Below are positions 8,610 to 16,857 of a stretch of 42,875 nucleotides of DNA, in pieces. How positions within the stretch are numbered: position 1 is the stretch's first letter; each line of letters starts with the position of its first letter. Location: the IMG/VR virus record IMGVR_UViG_3300048848_000017, positions 1-42,875 of that record. One strand, given 5' to 3'. A program made the position numbers and the translations under genes. The notes under the pieces were generated by a model. The model was given only the letters and a program-made list of their open reading frames with translations. It made no database searches and was not told where the DNA came from. The stretch comes from a virus. Its lineage: Duplodnaviria > Caudoviricetes.

Positions 8610-8844
8610 CCTTTGCAAGTCCGCTAGCTGCTGTGTTTGCGTGCAAGCACTACGCTACGCCTGTGTGTGGCGTTTGCGCAAGCGCACACGCAAACCAATT
8701 TTGCGGGCGTGCGAATCACACGAGTGTCATTTTGCTGTCAAGGCTGCGGGGTGCGAAAACACATACGTGTAAGTCCCTCACCAGCCAGGTTTGCGTGCGT
8801 GCAAGCGGCGTGTCGCGGTGAAAACGTGTCCTAGCGTTATCGGC
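8610..8844. promoter_or_regulatory. Lysis/lysogeny switch region with TTGC...GCAA operator-like repeats and a leaderless repressor promoter
   Basis: TTTGCGTGCAAG, TTTGCGCAAG, TTTGCGGGCGTGCGAA, TTTGCGTGCGTGCAAG; -10 TAGCGT at 8832-8837, 7 nt before the ATG at 8845. Confidence 0.65.
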
Positions 8845-9258
8845 ATGACAAGTTTCAGTGATTGGGTCGACGACACGGCCCTGGCCATAGACGGCATCGA
8901 CAAGGATGCAGACATGGCACGACTCTTTGGGGTGCTCCCATCAACTGTCGCCAGGTGGCGCACCGCCGCCGGCCCACCCGACCGAGACACCCTGCGGAAG
9001 ATCTCGGAGGGGCTAGGTGTGCCGATGATCGTGGTCTTACAGCGTGCCGGTTTCCTCACCGAGAGCGAGGCGTCTGTCCGAGAAGTCGAGGTACCGCGGC
9101 GGCTCACCAACAGCGAGCTTGTGGCTGAGATCGACGCCCGGTTGCGGCTCTTGGACGGCGGCCAGGCGGGAGGGGGCGGACTCGATCGGGCGCACGCCGC
9201 AAACAGGGCTACTGCCGCGTCGGTGAAGGGCCTCAAGGTGGAGGGTCAGGGGGGCTAG
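8845..9258 (+). CDS. Immunity repressor (XRE-family HTH, no peptidase S24 domain)
   Basis: DADMARLFGVLPSTVARW...PDRDTLRKISEGLG HTH; divergent from cro; near the integrase. Confidence 0.8.
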   Translation: MTSFSDWVDDTALAIDGIDKDADMARLFGVLPSTVARWRTAAGPPDRDTLRKISEGLGVPMIVVLQRAGFLTESEASVREVEVPRRLTNSELVAEIDARLRLLDGGQAGGGGLDRAHAANRATAASVKGLKVEGQGG

Positions 9259-9363
9259 TTCGTCGGCTGTGAGCGGGGAGAAGTCGATCACTTCCATGAC
9301 GTCTGCGTAGCGGTGGAGCCAATAGTTGGCGTCGTTGTTGATGTCGTTTGCGTCGTGCGCCAT
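9037..9363 (-). CDS. Putative DNA-damage-inducible antirepressor (antisense overlap with the repressor 3' end)
   Basis: 108-aa ORF MAHDANDINN...; GGGAGG upstream; SOS box and PafBC motif upstream (alternative start 9393). Confidence 0.6.
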   Translation of the reverse strand: MAHDANDINNDANYWLHRYADVMEVIDFSPLTADELAPLTLHLEALHRRGSSPVCGVRPIESAPSRLAAVQEPQPGVDLSHKLAVGEPPRYLDFSDRRLALGEETGTL

Positions 9364-9393
9364 GGTTGTCCGGCACCCCTCCCAGATCGTCAT

Positions 9394-9409
9394 TCGAACT
9401 CTTGTTCGA
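9394..9409. promoter_or_regulatory. LexA (SOS) box
   Basis: TCGAAC-TCTT-GTTCGA, a perfect match to the actinobacterial consensus TCGAAC-N4-GTTCGA. Confidence 0.9.
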
Positions 9410-9411
9410 AC

Positions 9412-9433
9412 AACGTAGCTTATGGTCCCGACA
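9412..9433 (-). promoter_or_regulatory. PafBC / RecA-NDp promoter motif
   Basis: Minus strand reads TGTCGG-gaccataagc-TA-cgt-T, i.e. TGTCGG-N10-TA-N3-T. Confidence 0.8.
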
Positions 9434-9550
9434 CCGATCCGGACATTACCCCAACTACTGACCTACTGTGTCATTACTGAGCCTTATCAAACCAGCACTG
9501 GCACAAGCTGATTCAAACCGTATTCAGTTAGCTAAGATAAGGAACTAACG

Positions 9551-10030
9551 ATGAGTGGACCCTACGACCAACAACCCCCGCAGTGGCAGCAACCCCAATG
9601 GGGACCAGCCGGCCCACCACCGCCACCCAAGAAGAACAACCACCTCGTGTGGTGGCTCATCGGCGGCCTCGTCGCCTTCCTCGGGTTCTTCGCCATAGTC
9701 GGCGCAGTGTTCGGCGGATCAAGCGCCGATAACGACAGTCCCACCACCTCCACACCAGCGAGGGCGACAGTCGAGGAACCCGTAGACAACGGCGACTGGG
9801 CCATCCTCGCCTGCCACGACAGCATCGAAAACCAGATGAAAGACCCCGACAGCGCCGACTACAAGAACGAGACCGCCACCCGCGGCACCGGCCAGAACTA
9901 CACGGTGTCAGGGATGGTGAACGGCGCGAACTCCTACGGCGGGATGACCGGGTTCACGGCCTACACATGCACAGCCAGCCTCGACGCGGACGGCGAGACG
10001 ATGCGCGCCACCGCCAACATCCTGGAGTAG
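9551..10030 (+). CDS. Membrane-anchored protein, probably prophage-expressed
   Basis: Pro/Gln-rich N-terminus, one TM helix, extracytoplasmic domain with two Cys; AAGGAA RBS. Confidence 0.75.
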   Translation: MSGPYDQQPPQWQQPQWGPAGPPPPPKKNNHLVWWLIGGLVAFLGFFAIVGAVFGGSSADNDSPTTSTPARATVEEPVDNGDWAILACHDSIENQMKDPDSADYKNETATRGTGQNYTVSGMVNGANSYGGMTGFTAYTCTASLDADGETMRATANILE

Positions 10031-11233
10031 CTAGGCGATCAGCTTCGACAGTTCGCCGAGGGCCGCTCGGGTGAGGGTCTGGTCGACGTGCGCGTATCCG
10101 CGGTGCGCGGCGACGGAGGAGTGGCCGAGGAGTTGCATACGCACAGCCTCGTCCACGCCTGCGCCCTGGAGGAGGGTGGCTACGGTGTGGCGGGCGGAGT
10201 GCAGGGTAGGCACGTTACCGTCTGCGTCGGCCAGGCCCGCAGCAGTAAGGGTGTCTCGCCACGCTTTGGAGTCGTCGCGGTCGAGGAGTGGGGCGCCGCC
10301 GGGTCGTGTCCACACCAGACCTGTGCCCGTGGTGTTCGCTCGGTGAGCGAGTAGCGCCGCTTCGAGGGTGGGGATCATGGGGACGATCCGCCGGGACCGG
10401 GCCGTCTTCGGCGGCACGAGGCAGAAGGATCGCCACACGGGCCGGAAGTCGAACGCGGGCGGAACGTCGAACATGTCACGCGGGTACTGGTCGAACAATG
10501 GGCGTTGCGTCTTGGTCAGCTTGACCCGTTGGAGGGTCCAGGAGATGTCAATCATTTTGGTATCGAAGTCGACGCGCTCCCATTCGAGGCCAAGGCACTC
10601 ACCCTGGCGGGCGCCAGTCAGTAGGGCCATGGCTGTGCGGGAAACCATAGGGTCGTCGCCCAGGGTGGCGAGGTACTGGAAGAGTGCGCGGATGTCGGGA
10701 ATGGACATCGCTTCGCGCTCCTGGTGCAGGGCGGTGGGCCGGTCTACGCGGTCGCAGGGGTTGGACCGGATGAGCCCCTCACGCACGGCATCCTTGAGGG
10801 CTTTAGCGAGGACGTTGTAGGCGATCTGCGTGGTACGGGTGGAGCGGTGCCCCGAGATGGTGATTGTCATGCGTCGGATGTCACAGGGCTGAAGGGTGGC
10901 GAGGCGTTTGTGTCCTAGCTCAGGGATAAGGTGCGTCTTGACCACGGAGCGGTAGGTGGCGTAGGTGCGGGGCTTGAGTCGGGGTCTGGCGATCTCGTCG
11001 AGCCAGCGGACGAGCCATGATTCAACGGTGGCGGTGGGGGCGACGGGCATGAGGCCGTCGTCGATGTCCCGTTGGAGCTGCTTCAGCCTGGCGGCGACGA
11101 CGTTTCGGTCTCGCCCGGACACGGTCTTTTTGGTGCGAACTCCGTTGCGGCCCACGAGATTTACTGCGCCGATCCATACGCCGTCTGCTCGTTTGTAGAG
11201 TGCTCCATCGCCTTTCGGCCGGCGCTGTCCCAT
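10031..11233 (-). CDS. int: Tyrosine integrase
   Basis: RRPKGDGALYKRADG arm-binding N-terminus; catalytic GARQGE, LHSARH, LGHS, GYAH. Confidence 0.95.
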   Translation of the reverse strand: MGQRRPKGDGALYKRADGVWIGAVNLVGRNGVRTKKTVSGRDRNVVAARLKQLQRDIDDGLMPVAPTATVESWLVRWLDEIARPRLKPRTYATYRSVVKTHLIPELGHKRLATLQPCDIRRMTITISGHRSTRTTQIAYNVLAKALKDAVREGLIRSNPCDRVDRPTALHQEREAMSIPDIRALFQYLATLGDDPMVSRTAMALLTGARQGECLGLEWERVDFDTKMIDISWTLQRVKLTKTQRPLFDQYPRDMFDVPPAFDFRPVWRSFCLVPPKTARSRRIVPMIPTLEAALLAHRANTTGTGLVWTRPGGAPLLDRDDSKAWRDTLTAAGLADADGNVPTLHSARHTVATLLQGAGVDEAVRMQLLGHSSVAAHRGYAHVDQTLTRAALGELSKLIA

Positions 11234-11371
11234 GTTGTTTCCTCCCGGCGGTAGGGATTATCCCTATCGTTATGCCTATCTATAGCAGTCCTCGTGCGGT
11301 CAGGTCTAGACAAACCTTGCCTACCAGCACGTTTGACGGCTGCTTACCTGATAAGCATACTCTTCTATACC

Positions 11372-11417
11372 GCTTCCCAAGCTGCACACGCGGGTTCGAT
11401 TCCCGTCATCGGCTCCA
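11372..11417 (+). other. attP common core = 3' half of tRNA-Gly(CCC)
   Basis: GCTTCCCAAGC...GCGGGTTCGATTCCCGTCATCGGCTCCA: anticodon loop, T-arm and CCA with no 5' half; flanked by TGCCTATC-like arm repeats (11273-11280, 11459-11466). Confidence 0.9.
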
Positions 11418-11469
11418 GGTCAGTGCATGTTTCGGGGTTTCGGGTTAAGCCTAAGTTGTGCCTATCGGG

Positions 11470-11679
11470 TCAATGCATGATCTTGTCGGCGAGGAACACG
11501 GGCCACACCACGGCGATGAGTGCCATGATGGCGATGTCACCAGCGAGGCGCTTCCGTTTCTGTGGGTAGCGGATAGCCATACGTATCTCGCGGCAAGTGT
11601 CGGGGGTTGCCGCGACGACGATCACGAGGGTGCCAACTGAGTAGCCAATGAGGATTCCGAGCAGTAGCGCGCCGCTCAC
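11470..11679 (-). CDS. Small two-TM membrane protein
   Basis: Two hydrophobic segments; GTGA coupling. Confidence 0.6.
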   Translation of the reverse strand: MSGALLLGILIGYSVGTLVIVVAATPDTCREIRMAIRYPQKRKRLAGDIAIMALIAVVWPVFLADKIMH

Positions 11680-11819
11680 GGCAGAGGCTCGGGTTCGGCG
11701 GCGGTCTGTAGCGGCGCATCACACAGCGCATAGGAATCAGCGGCGTGGAGCCACACCGAGCCGTCGAGATATATCGCGTTGTGGCAATGCCAGCAGCTGG
11801 TAACGATGTAGTCGCTCAT
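11676..11819 (-). CDS. Small Cys/His protein (47 aa, MSDYIVTSCWHCH...)
   Basis: Strong GAAAGGAAG RBS; hand-translated. Confidence 0.6.
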   Translation of the reverse strand: MSDYIVTSCWHCHNAIYLDGSVWLHAADSYALCDAPLQTAAEPEPLP

Positions 11820-11859
11820 GGCTTCCTTTCGATTGGGGGTGCATCTGACAACGCGGGTT

Positions 11860-12252
11860 TCATAGCCAGAGCACAGCGGCCACGTTGATGAGCATGTGCA
11901 GGATGTTGTCGGCGAGGATCAGTAGCCAGAACGCGAGCCAAGGCGGGGTGTCGTCGGGGTATCCGGTCGCAGTGTGCGCGGGGCGGAATGCCCTCGGTGC
12001 GAACTGGTTCTTGAACCACACCACATGCCGAGCGAGCCTGTGGCGGTCGATGACGGCGTGCGTGCCGACGATCACCAGCAGCGCGAGCGGCGATTGAGTG
12101 ATCAGCAGGAACGGCAACCCGTAGGTGACGGCGTGTGCGATGGCAGGCCACCACCGCTTCGTCTTCTCCGTAGCCATCCAGTGCGACTGGATCAGGTAGT
12201 CGCCCACGAGATGAGCCAGGAGGGTGAGGGCTATCGCGGACGCAACGCTCAT
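11860..12252 (-). CDS. DUF3307-like membrane protein
   Basis: LLAHLVGDYLIQSHWMA...HAVID...DNILH signature. Confidence 0.8.
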   Translation of the reverse strand: MSVASAIALTLLAHLVGDYLIQSHWMATEKTKRWWPAIAHAVTYGLPFLLITQSPLALLVIVGTHAVIDRHRLARHVVWFKNQFAPRAFRPAHTATGYPDDTPPWLAFWLLILADNILHMLINVAAVLWL

Positions 12253-12629
12253 GTCGGTTCTCCTTCGCGGGTGAGTACGTCAAGTAGGACGCCTGCGTAT
12301 GCGCGGTTGGTGGTGCGGGTGTGGAGGTCGTCTACGTTGTCGCTGGCGGTCCAGAGGTGGGCGAGGTGGTGGATGGCGGCGAGTTTGGTTTCAGCGGCCC
12401 GAAGCGCAGCGACAAGAGCGGGTAGGTCGGTCCGGGCGTGCGCGATGAACTCAGCTTCGGCCGGGAAGTGCTCGGGACCGGTGAATGTCTCAGCAACGAG
12501 GACCAGGCCGTCGTCATTGCCGACGATTTCCTGCGGGTAGCCCTTCTCGTTCGCTTGCCATCTCCAGGGGCCTTTGGTCGCGGCGTTGACTCTCGCCTCA
12601 ATGGCACTGACATCTAGTTCGTCAGCCAT
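12249..12629 (-). CDS. Ead/Ea22-like hypothetical protein
   Basis: AIEARVNAATKGPW...AEFIAHARTDLPALV motif. Confidence 0.7.
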   Translation of the reverse strand: MADELDVSAIEARVNAATKGPWRWQANEKGYPQEIVGNDDGLVLVAETFTGPEHFPAEAEFIAHARTDLPALVAALRAAETKLAAIHHLAHLWTASDNVDDLHTRTTNRAYAGVLLDVLTREGEPT

Positions 12630-12870
12630 TAGTGCCTCCGATGATGCGCTCTAGGACGCGACGTCCGGATGGGGTGAGGTCGCCGTGGTGGGTGAGTTCG
12701 ATTAATGCCGCGCTTAGGCGTTGGTTCTTGCCGGTGCCAGACTCTTCCAGTTGCCGAACGCGGGCGATGAGATCGGTGATGTTGGTTCGGGCTATGTCGA
12801 TGTCCCAGCTCGTGTATCCAGCCGCTCGGGCTTCGATGGCGTCGAGGTCGGGTGCGTCAGGGGAACTCAC
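12622..12870 (-). CDS. Hypothetical protein (Ead-like N-terminus, duplicated C-terminal module)
   Basis: DLDAIEARA...; C-terminus shared with 16558-16857. Confidence 0.65.
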   Translation of the reverse strand: MSSPDAPDLDAIEARAAGYTSWDIDIARTNITDLIARVRQLEESGTGKNQRLSAALIELTHHGDLTPSGRRVLERIIGGTNG

Positions 12871-13049
12871 GAAGACACCTCGGGCGAGCGAGACGGGCGG
12901 CGGTCACAGTTAAGGTGACGGTTCTGTAGGTAATGAGCGAACCCGGCATGCTCGAAGCAGTAGCGCGCCCCGTCGTACTCCTCATAGCCGAGGCGGCACG
13001 GGGAGGGCTCCATTGGGCATCCGGGACTGGGGCAGATGCAGACGCTCAT
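12867..13049 (-). CDS. Small Cys-rich protein
   Basis: 60-aa coupled ORF. Confidence 0.55.
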   Translation of the reverse strand: MSVCICPSPGCPMEPSPCRLGYEEYDGARYCFEHAGFAHYLQNRHLNCDRRPSRSPEVSS

Positions 13050-13339
13050 GGTGTTGTCCCTTCGGGGTTGAGTTCAGCATCGGAATACAGCAGGCGGTCG
13101 GTACCGGTCGGCCAGTCAGCGTGGCCCCCGTATCCGTCGCGGCAGTTGGTGCAGCGGTATGAGCCGTCTGGGCGTTGGACTCGCTGATGTTTGGCACGCA
13201 GCGGTGCTAGGGCCTCACGGGCACCCTCCACCCACTGCTCCGAGTCTGAGTATTCGAACTCCCAGTCCTCGGCGTGGCGACTCTTCGTTGGGTCAGCTCG
13301 CCATAGTCGGAACGCAGCATCCTCGGCGGGGTCGGTCAT
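13046..13339 (-). CDS. Hypothetical protein, MTDPA...AREALAPLR family
   Basis: Paralogous to 16065-16424. Confidence 0.7.
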   Translation of the reverse strand: MTDPAEDAAFRLWRADPTKSRHAEDWEFEYSDSEQWVEGAREALAPLRAKHQRVQRPDGSYRCTNCRDGYGGHADWPTGTDRLLYSDAELNPEGTTP

Positions 13340-13701
13340 CTCGGCTCCTCGGGGGTGACAGGACGGACAGCAGCAGCGGAAGCGGCGAGGAGGGCAGCAG
13401 CGAGTTCGCGGGCATCGTCAGCCGTCATGCGCGGATCTTCGAGGTAGCAGCGGACCTTGCCACTGCCGATTGTCGCTGTGACTTCTCGGCCGTTCCATGT
13501 CTCGAAGCCGTCACCCACTTCGTCGGCTTCGGGTAGTTCTACCGCTACTACACCCGCCTCCACCAACATGGACTCAACATGAGCAGCGTGGAGGGTGCGG
13601 AGATCGGGACCGGAAACAGCGAAGACAGCGCCGCAGAGGCAATCCACGCGGTCGTCTTCATTCCAGCCGTGAGCTTCGAGTGTCTCCGTGAACCTGCTCA
13701 C
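13336..13701 (-). CDS. Hypothetical protein
   Basis: CLCG...HAAHV N-terminus; DARELAAALLAA C-terminus common in actinophage ORFs. Confidence 0.65.
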   Translation of the reverse strand: MSRFTETLEAHGWNEDDRVDCLCGAVFAVSGPDLRTLHAAHVESMLVEAGVVAVELPEADEVGDGFETWNGREVTATIGSGKVRCYLEDPRMTADDARELAAALLAASAAAVRPVTPEEPR

Positions 13702-14063
13702 GACACACCACCAGCCTTCTCGAATAGTTCCGCGAGGTCTACCAGATCATTGACAAGGTGGTACGGGTCTTCGGGCGCAGCTTCGGTGCCGCTGATGATT
13801 CGGCCTGCACGGTAGAGGACGCGGGCAGCGTGGGGGAAGTGGGCGCGCAGTTCGTCCCGTTCGGCGATGGCCATGTCCCGTTCCTCTCGGACGGTGCGGT
13901 AGGTGCGCTCCCCGTACTCAGCTTCAGCGGCTCGGGTCTCGGCGGTTTCCAGCGCAGCCAGAAGAGAGCGGGCAAGCGGCTCAGGATTCAGCGCCAAGTC
14001 GAGGTTGTTGGGGTCGGCCAGTGCTTCCCGTGCTCTCGCGGCGATGTCAGAGGAATCAGTCAC
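13698..14063 (-). CDS. Hypothetical protein
   Basis: 121-aa coupled ORF. Confidence 0.65.
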   Translation of the reverse strand: MTDSSDIAARAREALADPNNLDLALNPEPLARSLLAALETAETRAAEAEYGERTYRTVREERDMAIAERDELRAHFPHAARVLYRAGRIISGTEAAPEDPYHLVNDLVDLAELFEKAGGVS

Positions 14064-14242
14064 AGCAACTCACATCCAGCGTCGGTGAACTCCTCAGTCC
14101 ACGTGCTCTCACACGAGCAATACGGACGGTGCAACACCTTTCGCCCAATCGAGCGCGCATGAGCTTTCGCGGCCTCCCGTTCGTGATACGCGGCAAGGGC
14201 GGCAGGATCGCGGAAGAAGGTCTCGGGTCGGACGTTAGCCAT
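14060..14242 (-). CDS. Small hypothetical protein (MANVRPETFF...)
   Basis: GAGAGGA RBS; GTGA coupling to the next gene. Confidence 0.55.
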   Translation of the reverse strand: MANVRPETFFRDPAALAAYHEREAAKAHARSIGRKVLHRPYCSCESTWTEEFTDAGCELL

Positions 14243-14270
14243 TGGGGGTTTCCTCTCGGGGTAGGGGGAA

Positions 14271-14564
14271 TCACACAGGACGATGGAGCACACGGGCAGA
14301 GAGTGAGATGTCGGCGGTCTCATGGCTACGTCTCGAACCGGTCTCGTACCAGAGGTTGCAGGCGGACTTCTCCCAAGTACCGCCCTGCTCCGACTGAACC
14401 ACGGTGCCTTCGGGTAGTGCGTTGAGTTCGGCTTCGGTGGTGACCGTGGACGCCCGCACCAACGCATCGGCGATGAGGGACGCCGCAGCGGGAATCCCGC
14501 CTTGGTGACCGAATGGTTCATCCAGCTCGGACAGCGCATCTGCGATCACGTCTAGCTCGTGCAT
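14271..14564 (-). CDS. Hypothetical protein (MHELDVI..., ELNALPEGTVV motif)
   Basis: GAAAGGAA RBS. Confidence 0.7.
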   Translation of the reverse strand: MHELDVIADALSELDEPFGHQGGIPAAASLIADALVRASTVTTEAELNALPEGTVVQSEQGGTWEKSACNLWYETGSRRSHETADISLSARVLHRPV

Positions 14565-14603
14565 GGTGTTCCTTTCGTTCGGTGCATCTGACAACACCAG
14601 CAA

Positions 14604-14807
14604 TCAGACGGCGTCTCGGGCCTCTAGCCAATCCGCTGCGTCGCTCAGTGCGTCTGCCCATGCCCGTGCGTCTGCCACAGACCGGATGGGGGTCGGCATT
14701 CCCAGCGGCATGATCTGTGGTTCACCCCAGTTGTCTTTGAGTGTGATGCTGAGCTGCGGTCGGGAGTGCTGCTCTTTCAGCGGGACTCGGATCGTGTGGT
14801 CGCTCAT
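14604..14807 (-). CDS. Hypothetical protein (MSDHTIRV...)
   Basis: GAAAGGAAA RBS. Confidence 0.65.
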   Translation of the reverse strand: MSDHTIRVPLKEQHSRPQLSITLKDNWGEPQIMPLGMPTPIRSVADARAWADALSDAADWLEARDAV

Positions 14808-14868
14808 GGTTTCCTTTCGGGGTGGGTAGTGCGGGGGCATCTGACAACACAGGTTTCAGATGGGCGGG

Positions 14869-15138
14869 TCACCAGCCGTCGCCCTCAAATGCGTAGTGTT
14901 CGCACGGCTTCAGATCGGTACCGGCCATGTCAACCGCTGGATACCGAATGTCCCGCAGCACAGGCAGATCCGTTTCCTTGTGGCCCCACTCGGTGAACAC
15001 TTCGGGGTCGCCGAACTCGCCACCCAAGTCGGACCTACTGGCGATGACGCCATACGGGTCAGCGAGCCCGTTGTAGCTACGGCCATAGCGGTCGACCAGA
15101 GCCTCACGCTCCTCGCATGTGATCTTCTGCCAACTCAT
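14869..15138 (-). CDS. Hypothetical protein (MSWQKITC...)
   Basis: ATGA coupling; plausible composition. Confidence 0.6.
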   Translation of the reverse strand: MSWQKITCEEREALVDRYGRSYNGLADPYGVIASRSDLGGEFGDPEVFTEWGHKETDLPVLRDIRYPAVDMAGTDLKPCEHYAFEGDGW

Positions 15139-15302
15139 GGGCGGAACCTGCCCAGCGGCACGAACCGATCCTCGAAATCTGCGAACCCTTCGCGGGGGCT
15201 GAAGGTGTAGCCACCAGCAGGAGCGCCGTCTGCGTGAGGATGACCAGCGCGTACGCCTGACGTGTGGACCCAAGGGATTGGGTCATTCTGGATCCCGTTC
15301 AT
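15135..15302 (-). CDS. Small hypothetical protein (55 aa, MNGIQNDPIPW...)
   Basis: Hand-translated; GAAGGGAA RBS. Confidence 0.45.
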   Translation of the reverse strand: MNGIQNDPIPWVHTSGVRAGHPHADGAPAGGYTFSPREGFADFEDRFVPLGRFRP

Positions 15303-15411
15303 GCCGCTTTCCCTTCCGTGAAGTACATGCCCTCAACCACCACAACCTCCAACCACATCTGACAACACCCGTACCCACAAGCGGGGAGCCCGAAGACCCC
15401 CCGCCCGGCCC

Positions 15412-15609
15412 TCAATCCACGAAGCCGAAGAAGCAACGCGCCGGGTTCGTCCGGTCCCTGAAGGTGAAGTTCTGGCCGTCCGGGTAGTCCAGGCGGCTGA
15501 CCATCCCGATCTCCTCCGCGAGGATCTCCGCCCGGTCCAATCCGTGGTCCAGGTCGCGGACGGTTTCGGTGTAGGTTCCCTCGGACTTGAAGCTGATGGT
15601 GAGTGTCAT
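15412..15609 (-). CDS. Hypothetical protein, first gene of the leftward accessory operon
   Basis: 65-aa ORF followed by a UUCG-loop hairpin at about 15381-15405. Confidence 0.6.
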   Translation of the reverse strand: MTLTISFKSEGTYTETVRDLDHGLDRAEILAEEIGMVSRLDYPDGQNFTFRDRTNPARCFFGFVD

Positions 15610-15643
15610 TGCCTGGCCTTCCGGTTGGTGTCTGGGTATGAAG

Positions 15644-15732
15644 AAAGTATGGCACAGGTGTCATGACACCGCAAGGTTTCGAACAGGCCGCAAGGGGTGG
15701 TAGGTGTCATGACACCGTGATACGCTGTTGGC
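15644..15732. promoter_or_regulatory. Divergent promoters with two perfect 14-bp palindromes GGTGTCATGACACC
   Basis: Palindromes at 15657-15670 and 15703-15716; extended -10 TGaTACGCT ending at 15726, 6 nt before the ATG at 15733. Confidence 0.75.
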
Positions 15733-16068
15733 ATGGAAAACAAAGAGCCGCAACAGATACCCGTCGACCGACCGTCATTGCCTCAAGCGCCCTGCCCGTA
15801 CGGATCATGCGACAGGAGGTACGGACACGACGGCGATCACAGGTGCAGGTGCGGGCGGTTGGTCGACGTGATCGTGGACGAGAAAACCTGCGCTTGGCAC
15901 CGACGACCGACCACCCCCGACAACGAAGCCTTGGACGCAATCGCACTGGCGGTACGCCCGTGGGGTGGTGTGTGGTCCGATCAAGACGGAATCCTGGAGA
16001 GCATCGGGAACATCGTCGAGTCGACCGGTCGCACCGTGGATTGGGAGTATGAGGGGGAAGACCTGTGA
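15733..16068 (+). CDS. Cys/His-rich hypothetical protein
   Basis: 111-aa ORF, probably leaderless. Confidence 0.65.
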   Translation: MENKEPQQIPVDRPSLPQAPCPYGSCDRRYGHDGDHRCRCGRLVDVIVDEKTCAWHRRPTTPDNEALDAIALAVRPWGGVWSDQDGILESIGNIVESTGRTVDWEYEGEDL

Positions 16069-16424
16069 CCGACCCTGCGATCGAAGCCGCACAGAGGGCA
16101 TGGGACCGCGTTGACCTAGAGATTGAGCTGGAGCGTCACCAGCCGGTCGTACGCATGGACGACGGCCGGATTGGGGGCTGTCAATGCATGGATCGTGTCT
16201 TCTACCTAGGTCGCGAGGACTGGAGCACGCACCTCGCCGACGTGGTGGAGCAGCATGCACTCTCCGCTGCCCGCGAGGCTCTAGCGCCGCTGCGAAAGTT
16301 CCACATGCCGTACAACACGGGATTCAAGGGAGGGCCTGTCTATTGCACTACCTGCCGTGGCAGCCAACTCGTGCCATGGCCCTGCGACCAAGCCCGTCTC
16401 ATCTACCCGAGTGAGGAACTGTGA
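16065..16424 (+). CDS. Hypothetical protein, MTDPA...AREALAPLR family
   Basis: CTTC...PWPC...LIYPSEEL; paralog of 13046-13339. Confidence 0.7.
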   Translation: MTDPAIEAAQRAWDRVDLEIELERHQPVVRMDDGRIGGCQCMDRVFYLGREDWSTHLADVVEQHALSAAREALAPLRKFHMPYNTGFKGGPVYCTTCRGSQLVPWPCDQARLIYPSEEL

Positions 16425-16561
16425 TGCCTGAATCGGAGCCGACGAACGTCCAGCACATGGAGATGTACTGCCGCGCCACCAAGCCGGGACCAGCCAAGTA
16501 CGTGGAGCTGATCATGTTGGCGCGCAACCTCGACCGCCTACAGGAAGAGGGCGAGCTGTGA
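16424..16561 (+). CDS. Small hypothetical protein (45 aa, MPESEPTN...)
   Basis: TGATG and GTGA coupling. Confidence 0.5.
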   Translation: MPESEPTNVQHMEMYCRATKPGPAKYVELIMLARNLDRLQEEGEL

Positions 16562-16857
16562 GCGACCTCGACGCCCTACGCGCCGCAGCTGGCATCGAAG
16601 GTAGGGTCACCGCACTCACCACTGGAGTCAAGGGCGGCGATCACTGGTACCTCGTCGCTGACCGTGAGGCCATAGCTTGGATCTCCGCAAACGACGGCGA
16701 AGACGAGGGGCTGCGTCAACCCCGCGCCGAACTGATCGCCGCAGCCGTGAACGCCTTGCCTCGCATCGAGGCGGCTCTAGCCGAACTCACCCACCACGGC
16801 GACCTCACCCCGTCAGGACGTCGCGTCCTAGAGCGCATCATCGGTGGCGCGTCATGA
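16558..16857 (+). CDS. Hypothetical protein
   Basis: AELIAAAVNALP motif; C-terminus shared with 12622-12870. Confidence 0.65.
   Translation: MSDLDALRAAAGIEGRVTALTTGVKGGDHWYLVADREAIAWISANDGEDEGLRQPRAELIAAAVNALPRIEAALAELTHHGDLTPSGRRVLERIIGGAS

Noticed and set aside
11372-11417. Phage-encoded tRNA gene
   Set aside because: The 5' acceptor strand and D-arm are missing; it is the att core.
8845-11417. Integration-dependent immunity (attP inside the repressor)
   Set aside because: attP is more than 2 kb from the repressor, upstream of int.
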